A stretch of DNA of 64,000 nucleotides from Haliotis cracherodii. Taxonomy: Eukaryota. The stretch spans positions 62,372,001 to 62,436,000 of the forward strand of contig NW_027266264.1 in assembly GCF_022045235.1 (NCBI RefSeq). The letters run 5' to 3'. The translations under genes and the position numbers were made by a program. Below the pieces are notes generated by a model. The model had not been told where the DNA came from and searched no databases. It was given only the letters and a program-made list of their open reading frames with translations. Below, one piece after another: positions 24,200 through 37,095 of the stretch (position 1 is the stretch's first letter; each line of letters starts with the position of its first letter).

Positions 24200-25450
24200 T
24201 TCACGTTGGTTAATGCACAATCAAGCCAAGCAAAGGCTCATACTCGTGGCAAAACCAGAAGCAGTAATTCCCGGCATCCAAGGGACTCAAAGTGAGATGA
24301 GTTGTCTTAGACACGTTAGATATCAGACACGTTTTTCGGATGATTTCTATTCGGACGTTTCTTGTGGTGTTACTTGTTCGTGCAGTCATGTTCATTCAAA
24401 GGTAAAGCGACCAAACTCTTTCCAAATAGATATCTGCATACACCAGTCCATTGTAGGATTCCGACTATATGATGAAATAGTGATGATAGCAGGTGTCCGC
24501 GGAAAGATGAACGTATGTCACCTCACTAATGTCACCCGTCACAAAAGCAAGAAGAGGCAAGTCAATTTTCACGCGAAATTGACATCTTAACATGTCTACC
24601 ATAAAACCTATTGAAAGCTTTACTAAGGCCTTTAATGTTGTAAACCTAATCAAACAACAGCAAGAGTCGTTTGAGAATACGTTTATATCAAGCTGCAATC
24701 ATGGAGAGAACTTGTTTTGAGTATCTGTGTGGTGGTTTGGCGATGTTCCAGTAAAGACAACCTGAACAGAGTACATGTGGGGTAAAAAGCAAATAAAAGC
24801 CCTTTGTTTGCTACATGTTTCTTATTACATACTTATTCACATAAACATGTATATGATCAAAGAGATCACACCAGCACTGTTCATACACCTTATATGACAA
24901 GAAAACTAAATTCTTTGGTGCAGAGCTTATTCATATCGCGACGCACATATTAAAGATATATAAAAGATAGCTATTCGATAAACCGCAAAGAACAATGAAG
25001 AACGAAGAGAGTTTTATTTCACGATTAAATAATGTTCTATCTTGACGTCATGTCTGGAGATTTAAACATACGCTCGCAACGTGATACCGTCGTAAATTAG
25101 ACGACGTTATTTTTTAGAGGGAAGTGTCTAGTGAATTGTTCCCCACGGATGTAGCTGGACATCGCAGATGAACGCAATGGCCGAACGATCGCATCCACAG
25201 CTGGCAGAGATATGACAATCGGTATTGGGAGAAAATGTGCAGATAATCGACGTGAAAATTGCAGCGCCCCTCTTGGTTTATTCAACTGCAGCGGTTTAGG
25301 GTACGATGAACAACGACCACGAGTCGTACATGTTTTAAATACATCACAGACATTACGGTGACGGTAACGTAGACATTGCACTGTCTATTTCATGACCCTT
25401 TAGCTTACTGTTGGAGGAACGCTGAGAAACCAAGAGTGACGCAGATGTTT
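24200..25450 (+). pseudogene. Decayed CTL-like exons
   Basis: QRLILV..GIQG..SDVSCGVTC (24213 ORF); YVYIKLQSWRELVLSIC (~24680); FRGKCLV/SWTS..QLAEI (25113-25215). Confidence 0.3.
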
Positions 25451-25584
25451 ACCACTCTGGTGAAACGAATATTGTGCTCCCAGGACAGCAAGCAGGGGGG
25501 TGTTTACAGTTGTATTCCCGGTCATAACTGGTATGCGATAATTTCGAAACGGCAATCCTCGATTTCTATGCATGTGTAAATACA

Positions 25585-26353
25585 TAATAAATATAGAATA
25601 CCAAACGAACTCCCGTGTAATACCAATTTTATGAAACGAGTGAATAGTTGTGGTATCTGACGAGCGAAAGCAAGTCAGACACCACAACTATTCACGAGTT
25701 TCATAAAATTGGTTTTACACGGGAGTGAGTTTAGTATTTTATTTATTACTTGCCATTTATAACGTTTTTAGAATTATACTGTCGAGTGTGAATAGGCCGA
25801 CACCTACAAGATCCACGGCATAATACAATCGAGTTTAACAGAATAATACTTCAAAAACGACAAAAGTTGAAACGTATGAATTTAATACCATACAACGGTC
25901 CACCTTTAGAATTCAGGCGTCCGTTCCACAAAATTATCGTTGCGTTAAGGTTATCGCAACTCACATACTTTCACTTAGACCAACGACTGTCGTTGCGCTA
26001 CAATACGATCGCCTTGTGGAACGGGGCCTTGCATCTCAAAGTTTACAATCACGTCACAATACCCGATGACGTAATTTGTGGAATTTTGATGCAAGATCCT
26101 TCTGCGAAACAATGCCATGTGACGTCAGCCTAGCAACAAGGTTGCTGGGGTCATCGAGTGTGCATAAGCTCCTCTCAGTGATCTATCAACTCTACACACA
26201 ATGTCGTTGAATAAGCCAAGGGAGGTTGAGAGCTTTCAATATTTTTCGTGAAACGTGTTCCGAGAGTACATAAGAACGCGTTTTGGTATTACACAATGTG
26301 TAATACAGCTGTATGTTTATTAAACGGGTGATCTCTTCACAGGCAAGTAATAA
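25585..26353. mobile_element. Non-autonomous hairpin element (Crypton-like) with nested MITE
   Basis: ~76-bp-arm palindrome at 25585-25748; ttattacttgcc (25743) is inverted at ggcaagtaataa (26342). MITE at 25916-26028 with TIR ggcgtccgttccacaa / ttgtggaacggggcc. Confidence 0.6.
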
Positions 26354-27479
26354 TTGACATTACTACACACAACACTGACATTTGAGAGGTTCGTGAATTA
26401 GAGTTAGTTGAAATTAGCAACTCTAAGAAAAACATATTGCTTCAACAGTATCTTTATCGGTAACTTGCAAGATGTCATTAGTGGGCAAAACAGGAAATGT
26501 ATGTCCATGTATGTAAGAGTATTTTTATGACATGCAAATTTTACATAATGAGTATTTTGTATATTATGACGAACATATAGACATTCCACCGAGCAGTAGA
26601 AAATGCGAACGGTACAGACACCCTACAACGTAGAAGTTAGAGCACGAGGACCTGTTGCCTACTGAAGTAAATGCTTGCTTTATGAGATTTAGGAAATATT
26701 GTATGTTGCTCTTATCGATCAGTTCTAGCCATATATACCAAATCAATCCTGTTTCGAAACACAACCATCATGGTAATCTTGACATGCATTACAGTTTGAT
26801 GATGGAGTTGATCTGCAAATATAAAATGCCACAACATCAGCTCTGCGTGTTAATGTGATGCACATGCTAAACATCCTTTTCAAAACCTCCTTCATCTTTT
26901 CGCTGTCAAATACCGAAGTAGGTTCGTTACCGCGCAATGAGGAACCTATGTTACTATCTCCTGTTTCGATCCCAACTGATTGAATAACTAGCCTCTCACG
27001 TTTAAAGGATTTTTACCCGCTGCTTAGCTTGGCAGTTTTGTCTGAATGCTGCCATCACGTGAATTGACTTTCGTTTCACTTTTTTACCCGACAGAATATC
27101 AAGTGTGCCACGAAAGTTCCTGTACTACTTGTGTGCGAAACCTTAACTCTCCCCGCCCGATGGATTTGTCAAAAAAGGAAATTGGAATTACATCTTCAAA
27201 TTCAAGTTGAAATAGGTTTTTTGTTTGTGTTCGAAATTAGGAAAGGCAATGGGGTCATTTTGACCAGTTGCTTCTGTGAGTGATTTCTTCCATAAGTATT
27301 TTTTTAATTTAATACACATAATATACTATGAACATCTGACATCTGAGGCAGGCCCAGTTTAATACCAGTATGCATGTAGATCTATGCTATCAATTATTTA
27401 ATCATTGAAAGTCCAGTCATTGTTAGTAATACTAATCGTGATCATCTACCTGACAATGTTCTGTTAATATTAGTATGTA

Positions 27480-27655
27480 CATATTAAAATATAAAATGCA
27501 GAAAAGATGTTTTGGGTGATCCTGACACAATCAGCCTTGTTTGGCTCATCAGCTCAGGGCCCTTGCCAAAAAGATACTGCATTTGTCCCAAAGCTAGGCT
27601 TCCACTGACAATGTGTTGGACAGTCTCATTAATTTCATTGCAAATTCTTCATTTC
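27480..27655 (-). mobile_element. Internally deleted R4/Dong-like fragment
   Basis: 3' region gggtgatcctgacac..agctcagggcccttgcc joined to the zinc-knuckle segment gacaatgtgttggacagtctcatt; ends at ttattattatt. Confidence 0.7.
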
Positions 27656-27894
27656 ATAGTTATTATTATTGGTGACATACATGTACTCGTATAAGGCGCC
27701 GCAATTCACCGTGAGGGAGAGAATTTTTTTCTCAACACCACACCCTCCCTCATGAAATTCACCATCATGTGGGAAATGTCTAAGTCCAGTCACGAACACA
27801 TATTAAAATGACCAAAACACCTTAGCTGGTCATACTAGAGCTTAAATATAGTTAATACACTAATACGCGTACGTGTTATTATATCTTCCGACAT

Positions 27895-28072
27895 ACTGTT
27901 GGCCGACGCAATTTGCTGTTAGGAGTTGCGTCCCTTTGGCAGGGCAGAAATCTTTGACCGTGAGTTGGAATCCAGGTTCGCCCCGATTATGGATTTAGGT
28001 TTGTCAGCGCCATTCCCGTGCCCTTGGGTTTCACCAAAGTGATAAACGTCTAAGACCTGCACCACTCTGGCC
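27895..28072 (+). mobile_element. SINE family 1, degenerate, followed by a poly-C tract
   Basis: gagttgcgtccctt..gggtttcaccaaagtgataaacgtctaagacctgca. Confidence 0.75.
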
Positions 28073-28468
28073 ACCCCCCCCCCCCCCCCCCCCCACCCAC
28101 CCCACCCCACCCCCAACCCCCCACCCAAATGTCATGATATGCCTGAACTATTGTTACGTGGGTAACCAAGATCACACTCATTTGGCAACTGAAACAAATA
28201 GATTCATATGGGTCTCTGATATTGTACTCGTAGTATCATATACAATGTGAAAAAATGAGGGTTTGTTCTGACCTGAGTATGAGCTATCATACTGTGGACA
28301 GTTTGAACGTCAAGATGTAACTGAAAAAGGTTTCGTTAAACCAAACTCTCTTTGAACAGCTTCAATATGTTCCATACCTGTAGGTGTAGATGGTACCATG
28401 TTAGCAGTACCTAACGCAATAGTAGCTCATGTATAATACGCAAATATATACTCTAAATTAATAAGATG

Positions 28469-28760
28469 CAACTCTGGATGATTGTATATAGTTGTGGACA
28501 TTATATTTTAACTTTTGGTTTCCAGATTTAATTTACTCAATAGATGAGAATACGATGAGCAGAGAACACACATATTTCCATATTTTGTTCGATTGCCAAA
28601 TGGATAACATAAACAACTCTGGATGATTGTATATAGTTGTGGACATTATATTTTAACTTTTGGTTTCCAGATTTAATTTACTCAATAGATGAGAATACGA
28701 TGAGCAGAGAACACACATATTTCCATATTTTGTTCGATTGCCAAATGGATAACATAAACA
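28469..28760. repeat. 145-bp perfect tandem duplication
   Basis: Identical units start at 28469 and 28614. Confidence 0.95.
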
Positions 28761-30069
28761 GTATGCTGGTATCTGTGCCTTATTATTATGTTCATAATTA
28801 GGTGGCAACAACATTTTGAGGCACATAAATGCTTGGAATGTCTGATAATAATGCCGACATTAATTCAAATATCCAAATGCCAACATCAATCCAAATATCG
28901 AATCGACACTTTTTCTCCGCACTACTTTACCATGTGGTTACACGAGTTTTCACCCTTGCAGCAAACATGTCCGTCTACCTGATACCTGAATACCAGAGCC
29001 ACGCATATATAAGAAAATAACACTAAACTCGCATTCGGTGTTAAAGTGGCGCTTAGCACTGTTACAGATACCGTCACCGCCTCAGGAGATTTGTCTCTGT
29101 CAAAGGTCCATAACTGATGGCTTGCATCTGAAGAGAGAACAAATGTTGACTGAAATGAAGGAAAAGGTAATACTGCAGTATAAACGTAATGACAATGTGT
29201 TGCCGGGAGCAAGTTTCAACTGAAGCAAATAATCACAGAGAACTTAGAGATCACAAAGCAATCGGACAGGACACAACGCGCTGTGTAGAATGTAGGTATT
29301 GGTCTGAGAGTAAATGCCTCGTGTAATTTCTAGTTTCTTCAGATAGAGGGTTCATAAATTGTAGGCGATGTGGTTTCCTTATTCGCTTGTGAGGAAAGCA
29401 GGACGTCAACACTCAATCAATCCGCCAGTGAATATGTTGGTCGATGCTCAACAGACTTTGCAAACATTCTTCAGAAAACACGTGTATCCAGTAAGATAAC
29501 ATTAATATGTAACGCGTTTGCAATTTCTTTAACAATAGCCATTTGTTGAAATAACCGGAAACGTCTCGCTGCCCAATATGAAGCTTTTGTCATGGTTTTC
29601 ACTGACAACGCTTATCCACTCATCTTGCGGTGCCTGGCCCAGTTCGGCTAAAATAGCGGGTGGCCTTTGATGTGCTACAAGTAGATGGGGAAAGGTCAGG
29701 ACTTATAGCTGGTCATTGCATTCTGGTAATTACTGTGGTGCTGCATGTGGTAGTCAGCATGGGGTAGTTCACAAACGTTATCATCTTGAAAGACAAAGCG
29801 CGTAAACGGCACATCTATTGGTCTGTTGTGTCGGTAGTACTTTGTAGTAACCTTCCCATGGACAATAGGGAGTGGCGTTATAGCAATCACAGCATAGCAA
29901 ACCCACCTCCAAAATGCACTGTTACTTCCCGTTGCCTTTCGCATGACGTTCGTTTGCAACCTTCCAGACACGTTCACGCCTATCCAAGTAGTCCAGAGTG
30001 AATCTGGAGTCAACTGAAAACACTACACGAGACCATCGGTTATTCCCGAAGTTTCTACGTTCTAAACAT

Positions 30070-30465
30070 CATTAGCGTCTGGCTGGAATGTGCCAATTTC
30101 CTATCGGTGGAACAACACATGGTTGCTGAGAATGCAGATTAGCTGCATGCAGACGGTTTCTAATCATCAGATCAGTCATTGAACTGCGGTGGTCTTGCTG
30201 AAGTGAACAGCGATTTGTTTGGCTGTTTCGGCTCGATTTCTTAAAACCTGGTTTCGAATTAATCGACCCTGGATTTTTTATGTTGTCCTTGGACGTCCTG
30301 TGTGGGCCTATCATTTAACATTCTGCGTCTGCAGAAACCTGTTCCAAAGCCTGCATATAACAGATTAAGACACACTGAACATAGTGAGTACCTCTCGCTG
30401 AGTTCACCAGTTTGAAATATGCCAATAGACCTTAGGCGTTCATCACGATATTGATGACGCATTCA
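30070..30465 (-). mobile_element. Tc1-like N-terminal fragment
   Basis: MRH..RDERLRSIGIFQTG; IRNRLHAANLHSQQP. Confidence 0.7.
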
Positions 30466-31035
30466 TAATCTGATCACAAATACTGCATTAAAGCAGGATT
30501 AGAGAGCTTACGTGTTACTGTTGTTAAATCAACAATACTACAATGGCTGAGAGCAATTTGACGTCCTTTCATTGAAGTGTCAAATCAAGACAGCCACTGA
30601 GGAATGTCATGGTCCAGGCACAATGCTTTGGGTGTTTCGGGGTGTCAGGTTTCACTTCCGATGCCGTCCCCTCTGTGGCATTCCTTTTTTCGAAGCTGAT
30701 CTTTCTTCTGACGACCAATGATAACACTTATATTTCACGAGCCTCTGTTTTATTAGGAGGGTATAATTATAGAAATGGTTTTGACGCTTTTGTTCAGATA
30801 TTTAACTTCCATATTATGTGTTTATGAGAGATTTATTATATTCATTTCACTCGGTGTCAGGCTGCAAAATATCAACGTAATGCGCAATGTACAGTCGTGA
30901 GTTGTCATAGAATTAGCAAGACATTAATGAAAAAAATCTTTAAATGTTTCTATGAAAATCATCAAACAGTCGAAAATGGAATTGATCATTTGTCACAAAG
31001 GTTGTAAAAGGTAGCAAACTCAGAAGATATAAATA

Positions 31036-32534
31036 CTCATACGCAAAAGAAACGCAAGTCGAGTATGCAGTATACATGTTATTTATTTTCAACAGTAAAG
31101 ACAAGTAAATATTTATAGGGCAAGATTGACAAAAAATTGACTGAAGACAGTTTCATGGATTAAAAGGCAGATGACATAATTGTTTTTTTCAAATGTTAAG
31201 GGCTTACACAATTTCGGGTCAATACCCAAAATGTCAGTCAATACCTGGTGTGACCACCATTAGCATTGATCACTGCCACACATCGCCTGTACATTGAGTG
31301 GATTAGACGATTTGTGAAGGCCCTAGGGATCCTCCTGCACACACCCAGAGCAGCTGTGCGTAGTTCATCGGCAGTTATAGGGACTTGGCGCATGCTGCGC
31401 AGACGCCTTTGAACCTCATCCCACAAGTGTTCGATGGGGTTCAGATCAGGGATGAGGGCTGGCCACGGTAGAACACTGTTGTTGCAGAAAGGCCATGGTA
31501 GCTCTGGCAATATGGGGACGAGCGTTGTCCTGCTGGAAAATGTGTTGTTGATGTTGTGCAAAAAATGGAACATACCGGAAAATGGAAAATGGATATACCG
31601 CTGAGCAGTGACGCCGTGTCCCCGACCTTGACCAACATTCAGAAAGCACATGGGTCCAAGTCTCGTATTAAATCCAATCCCTGCCCATTTCATGACGCTA
31701 GGTCCACCCCATGGATCCCTTTCCACAACGTTTCTGTCTGCGAAACGATCACCTCGACACCGCCAAATTCTGACTCTTCCATCTGCAAGGGAGACACAAA
31801 AGCGACTTTCATCAGAGAAGATGACACGACTCCACTTACGATGACGCCAATTGTGATGACCCTGTGCCCACTGAAGTCGTGCTTTTCGATGCCGTGGTTG
31901 GAGAACAGGACGACGTGCTGGTCGGAGACATCTGAGATTGTTGGAACGGAGGCGTCGGATCACAGTGTCCCGGCTAAAGTGTCGATTATGTGTTCCTATG
32001 GTCTGTCGAGCACTTTCACTTGCAGTTAGGAACGGATGTTGCTGGTGTTGACAGGTAATCTGCCGATCTTGTCGATGTGTGGTGACGCTAGGACGACCGC
32101 TCCGAGGAAGGTCATCTGTGGTCTGTGTAGCATTGTATCGATGCAGGAGACGGTAAATTGTGGTTATGTTAACGTTGAAATGACGGGCAACATCTCCAGC
32201 TTCCAAACGTCCGATAGCCTGGTTTCTCTGGCATTGTTGACCAAGGAGTGGTAGGTCCAAGAATCGGTCACAGTTTATACCCACTACAGTTCGTGACAGT
32301 TCGTGCATTTTCGATTTCGCAGGAAATGGGTGCATGGTACCCACATATTCATTGAAATGGTGCGCTTTGGTGATGCGTTTTTTATGTTGCGTTTTTACTC
32401 GGGGCTTCCAAAATGCAACCAAAATTATTGATAACACCACCAGGCTTCACTACATGCTAAAACTCGTATCAATTTATGGTTCCGTGTTTGTTACCTATTT
32501 GCTTAAAACCACTTGCATTTCTTTTGCGTGTGAG
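31036..32534 (-). mobile_element. Near-complete Tc1-like (DD34E) DNA transposon
   Basis: 24-bp TIRs CTCATACGCAAAAGAAACGCAAGT / ACTTGCATTTCTTTTGCGTGTGAG (22/24 match), TA on both sides. Confidence 0.95.
31238..32260 (-). pseudogene. Tc1 transposase, disabled by compensating frameshifts
   Basis: HTH..RSGRP..VIFSDESRF..PDLNPIEHLWD..GGHTRY are in frame, but FQQDNARPH (second catalytic D) lies in the 31446-31649 frame. Confidence 0.85.
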
Positions 32535-32804
32535 TATAGGATGACACTGTATAAACCACACTCAACCTTCGTCATGCTTATAGTAAGCCCTTTCTTCATG
32601 ATCAGTCTAATATGTGTTCGTGATTGAAAAACGTAAGATGTCAAAATAAAACTACAAGGCCCTTAGTCTGGGTCGACTCCATTACACGTCGAGCAAGCAA
32701 ATGAATAAAAGAAACGCCCGTACTCAAAATAAACTTTAAACACACGAGGAATCATGTTAGAATAAAGATTTCGAAGAGTTTAGACTAATTTGTATTCCGA
32801 TGAC

Positions 32805-33243
32805 ACTCATCTTCCCGAGGTAAGAGCGTTATTGACTAATAAAAGTCCAGTTTGCACACTTGCAGAACTAGGCTTGAATTCCGGAGATACAATTTGGCTT
32901 GACTAACGAGTTTATGCATAGTCCAATCAAAATCGCGTAACGAACTAGTTATCCGGTCCGTAAACAACATGGATTTAAACGTGCAGATTTCGGTTGACTG
33001 CAGGATTTGCAAAATCTTATCATGTTTGTTATCAAACGCTCAGGTGTAAGACCCGATTTATTACAACATAGATCTTGATCATCGATCAGATTCTCTTGAC
33101 TGGGCGCCGTCATTTTGTTTGAATCAAATTATATGAGACATAATTCGTGATAGCCAATGGTGGGGCTACGATCGAAATCCATTCTGGTTCAGCAAGGTTG
33201 GAAACTCAGTTAAATTTACGCCCCTTGCCTTGGGAAGATGGAT
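32805..33243. mobile_element. MITE-like element
   Basis: Imperfect TIR catcttcccgaggtaagagcgt / acgccccttgccttgggaagatg. Confidence 0.55.
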
Positions 33244-35470
33244 AACACTCGAATGAATGCTTGCATCAACGCTGAAAAATAGTCATCTTTCAATCACAGA
33301 CCTCTAAAAAAACGTGACAAACACACCAATAAAAAATAGGACCCGGTTTCATGGAAGCATAAAAAAAGAATAAGTGTAAATCATTTTGTGATAAGTTTAA
33401 TCATTTACTTCACTAGGGACACATAATAAAGTCGTAAGTGAAGTCTCCAACTGATATTTATGAACAGTGAGAGAAACATCGTCGAATAATACACATTTCT
33501 ATCTTTTTGTCACGAAAGGCGTTTTTATTTAAACTTAGATTACTGTTACTAATCTCTCTAGCTTTCATGTACAGGATTATGAGCAATACTGTTGAGCAAT
33601 AACCTGCAATAATTACAATAATGAGACATTTTGATTCCGCAAAAGAATAATGAAGTCAGCTAGTTTCCATCAACTAGTTTCCGTCATAAAAAAACCAATT
33701 TATCAGCCACAGTTTTGCAAGCACATATGGATAGCGATGTTAGAAGAAGAGCAAATTGTGTTAAAAGCTTCACACTTTGACATCCTTCTGTGGAACTTGT
33801 GATGGGCATAATATTAATGTTTTTCAGTGTTAACTGGAATTACGATAGAACACGATCCTAGCAAATAGGATTTCAGCATACAAATTCCCCAGTGAATGTT
33901 ATACGACTGCACATGAAGTTATTTTGTGTAGCAAATTGTTGTAATTCTGCACTATTTCCATCCAAAATCAGATGACATCTTTGCATATTACCGTAAATGT
34001 TCAAGTCACAGATGCTGAAGGTTTGGGGCATTTTTCTTTTTTTTCTTTCAATATTTCAATATTGCCCCAGAAAAAAAAATCAATTTCAAGCAGAAATACG
34101 AATCAGCTTTCTGTTCTTTCCATGAATGAGAAAAATATTGACTGATGTGAAAGGCACTTGCATTTCTATCAATAATACCTTAATCTTGATCATGATCAAG
34201 ATAATTAATATAATTGTCATCATAAATGCCTTCCAACCTCTGAAATGTCTGTTCCCTTGTACTAATGACACCTTAAATCCGTTAGTGGTTAGTCTGCTAG
34301 AGTTTACACCAAACCAACACATATGTTTATGATTGCATAAAATGTTCCGATACCATATGATGTTATGATATGTTTTTTTAAGGATTCAAAGATCCTATTT
34401 TGTTACAATACCATTACGAATAGTTCATTTATAAAGGTAAGAGTTTGTAGTGACACTATATATATAGTTCACGTTAGTTTAGACCTGTCGCCATTCCAGG
34501 AGTTTTAACACGCTGATCAATTTACCTCGACATGTTCATGGCGGTTCACATTCGGAGCTTAGTATGTTTCTTCATCTGATTGTGTTTTGAATGTTGAAAA
34601 AAGCGCCAAAAACGGTTCCTTAATAGAAAGAAACCTTCTAAAAGCAAGTTTACTGAGAAGAAGATTGACGTGATAGGAAATAGTACTACATACATGTATG
34701 TATTACAAAATGGTCACCAACATTGCTATTGATTGATATTGTTGTGAGCAGGCGTATAGGAAAAATAGTTCATATCTGAACGGACTACAATTGGATATTC
34801 ACAGCAGCTTCCCATTTGATTTGTCAACATTTACCGAATTCTGCACACTATTATTTTCATTGAGTTGCTGTACTGTTTTGTTTGTTTCTTGTTCAACGCC
34901 GCGATATTCAAGCTATATAACGGCGATCAGTACATAATCAAGTCTGGACCAGACCATCTAATGATTAACATCATGAGCATCGATCTACGCTATTTGGATA
35001 CGATGGCATTCTTCAACAAAGGGAGAGAGCCTAACCATTCGACCCCGTTTGCCGCCTATCACAAGACCAATCTAACGTCACGGGCAGACAAGGATCTTAT
35101 TGTCTGTTTTGAACGGCTAGACGTCTCCATCATTTTACTCTGGGAAAAAGAAATATTTCTATTAGTAACCTTTTTCATTAAATCGTATTCTGTATTAACT
35201 TTCAGATGAAAAACATTTGAATTTGTTAACAAAGTGAAACGCGGATATTTAAAATAGGGATGTCTAAATATATTATCTGATGACATGTTTTGTATCTGTA
35301 CAGTCTCACATCACATGACCATCAAGATCGTTCTTATGTCATTTTTCAGATTAAAGGTGTTGCTGGTAGGAACTATAACAATGCCATGTAGATATTTCAA
35401 AATGATATATGTACGTGCTAGAGATGTGACATTTAAGACAGTTTGCTGATGAGATTTTTGCAAGGTATGA

Positions 35471-35632
35471 GTAAGTGAGTTTGGATTTACGCCGCTTTTA
35501 TCAATATTCCAGCAATATCAAGGCGGGGGACACCAGAAATGGGCTTCACACATTGTACCCATGTCGGGAATCGAACCCGGGTCTTCGGCGTGACGAGCGA
35601 ACGCTTTCACCACTAGGCTACCCGACCGCCCC
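35471..35632 (-). mobile_element. SINE family 2, full length
   Basis: 13-bp TSD ttgcaaggtatga (35458-35470, 35633-35645); tRNA-Asp-like GTC loop and B-box. Confidence 0.93.
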
Positions 35633-36476
35633 TTGCAAGGTATGAAGCAGTAAAGTACATAAATATGTAGTTAAATCCTGGACGCAATAGTAAACACAGC
35701 ACCGTTCAGACATACCACAAACATCAGCAGCCAAATGCAATTACAAAGCTATTCCCGATGTTAGACAATTTTACAATAGAATTATATTGTCCAATTGTTA
35801 TTTTCCTTTGGCTGCCACCGTTACTGAGATCTCATTATATCAATGCGGTGACTCAAGATAACATGAAACTCAATTTGTCGTTTCATCTGACTTTCTGTGA
35901 AGATATTGTGTGACGGCAAGTTCCGCCGTTCATACAGGTCACTCAATAACGGTTCATGTAACAATTGAAACGTTTATGGACGTAAAACCGATGTGCACAC
36001 TGTGATAATACAATTCGTTTAATATTTTTTCAGTATAATTTGCGTCCTGTGGATTTCTTCACCATTCATTAAGTACGTGTGAAAATGAAATATTATTACA
36101 GGAGGAGATGCATGGCATATTTTTCATCTTAGCCGGATTGGCCGATCCTGTTAAACTGATAATACAGATGAGCCGGACAGTTGCTGAAACAAGGCCACAG
36201 CTGGCTCTGTTGACTGTCACTGTCACCATATGAACGGTGTGGATAGCTGTAGCGGATGCCACGGGCACGACAGGGTTTACAGGGTTTGTTGAAACAAAAA
36301 CGATATGCTAACTGAAAAAAATACTTCTGTAGCGGACAAGTGTAGAGATTTTGCTGCTTGCAAGTAAAAAGAGACACTTAGACAAACTTTCGTTTTGCAA
36401 CACAGACACAGTGATGGGGGGGGGGGGGGGGGGGGGGGGTAGTGTTTATGTATCGCCCGCCCATATATTTCTTTAG

Positions 36477-36660
36477 TGGCTACTGGGCTTATGCTGAAAA
36501 TCCGGGACTACAGTCCACCAGAAACACCAGTACTAGTAATTATGAAACGTCAACGACAGCTAAAAGTGATTTCATTGGGCTTAACAGACAAAAAGGTGGT
36601 GACAATTACATAAATGGATCGCTGAAAACCAGCGATGACACCAAGTTTTTGCGAAAAAGG
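36477..36660 (+). pseudogene. Possible CTL remnant
   Basis: Acceptor tttctttag; SDFIGLNRQKGGDNY/KWI. Confidence 0.25.
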
Positions 36661-36796
36661 GTACACACGGTTCTGTATTTATTCATGCAAAGGACATCGT
36701 TCGTACGTTTATGAACATGAAATGACGGATATCTGAACGACCTCCAGTCCAAAGAAAGTCGGATAACAAGAAAGATTCACAATAAGTTTGATTGAT

Positions 36797-37053
36797 CATA
36801 CAAAAAGACGTTAAAAGATGGTGTTTGCTGCTACCCAGCCTGGCGCTCACTATTAAGAGAATACACAAAATAAGGAATGGTCGGCATGGAGCCAGAATAC
36901 TGTGTCCATGTTATCAATGTATCCATATTAAACTTTGGCATGGCATCTCAAAATGAAGGCACTTTAAAACTAACATTAGTCCTGTCTAGTGCAAGCAGCC
37001 ACACATACTCACGGACGTAGTCACCTACGCGCGCACGCACGCACGTACGCACG

Positions 37054-37085
<32 letters not shown>

Positions 37086-37095
37086 AACACACACT
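36797..37095 (+). mobile_element. SINE family 3, degenerate, with expanded (CA)/(CG) tract
   Basis: catacaaaaagacgttaaaagatggt..gcctggcgctcac..ctagtgcaagcagccacac. Confidence 0.7.

Larger units (their letters stand above)
26740..30020 (+). pseudogene. Decayed PAN-CTL-CTL (copy B2) plus a further CTL
   Basis: Paralogous to 11540-11880 and 12530-12930. 29670-30000 reads MCYK*/YSWS..NYC../RHIYW..DNREWRYSN..RCL. Confidence 0.35.

Noticed and set aside
29696-30013. 105-aa minus-strand ORF with WIGV
   Set aside because: Other CTL motifs are missing in that frame; the opposite strand gives a more complete CTL motif order.
35540-35632. tRNA-Asp-like sequences as tRNA genes
   Set aside because: No acceptor-stem pairing or poly-T terminator; they continue into SINE bodies with TSDs.
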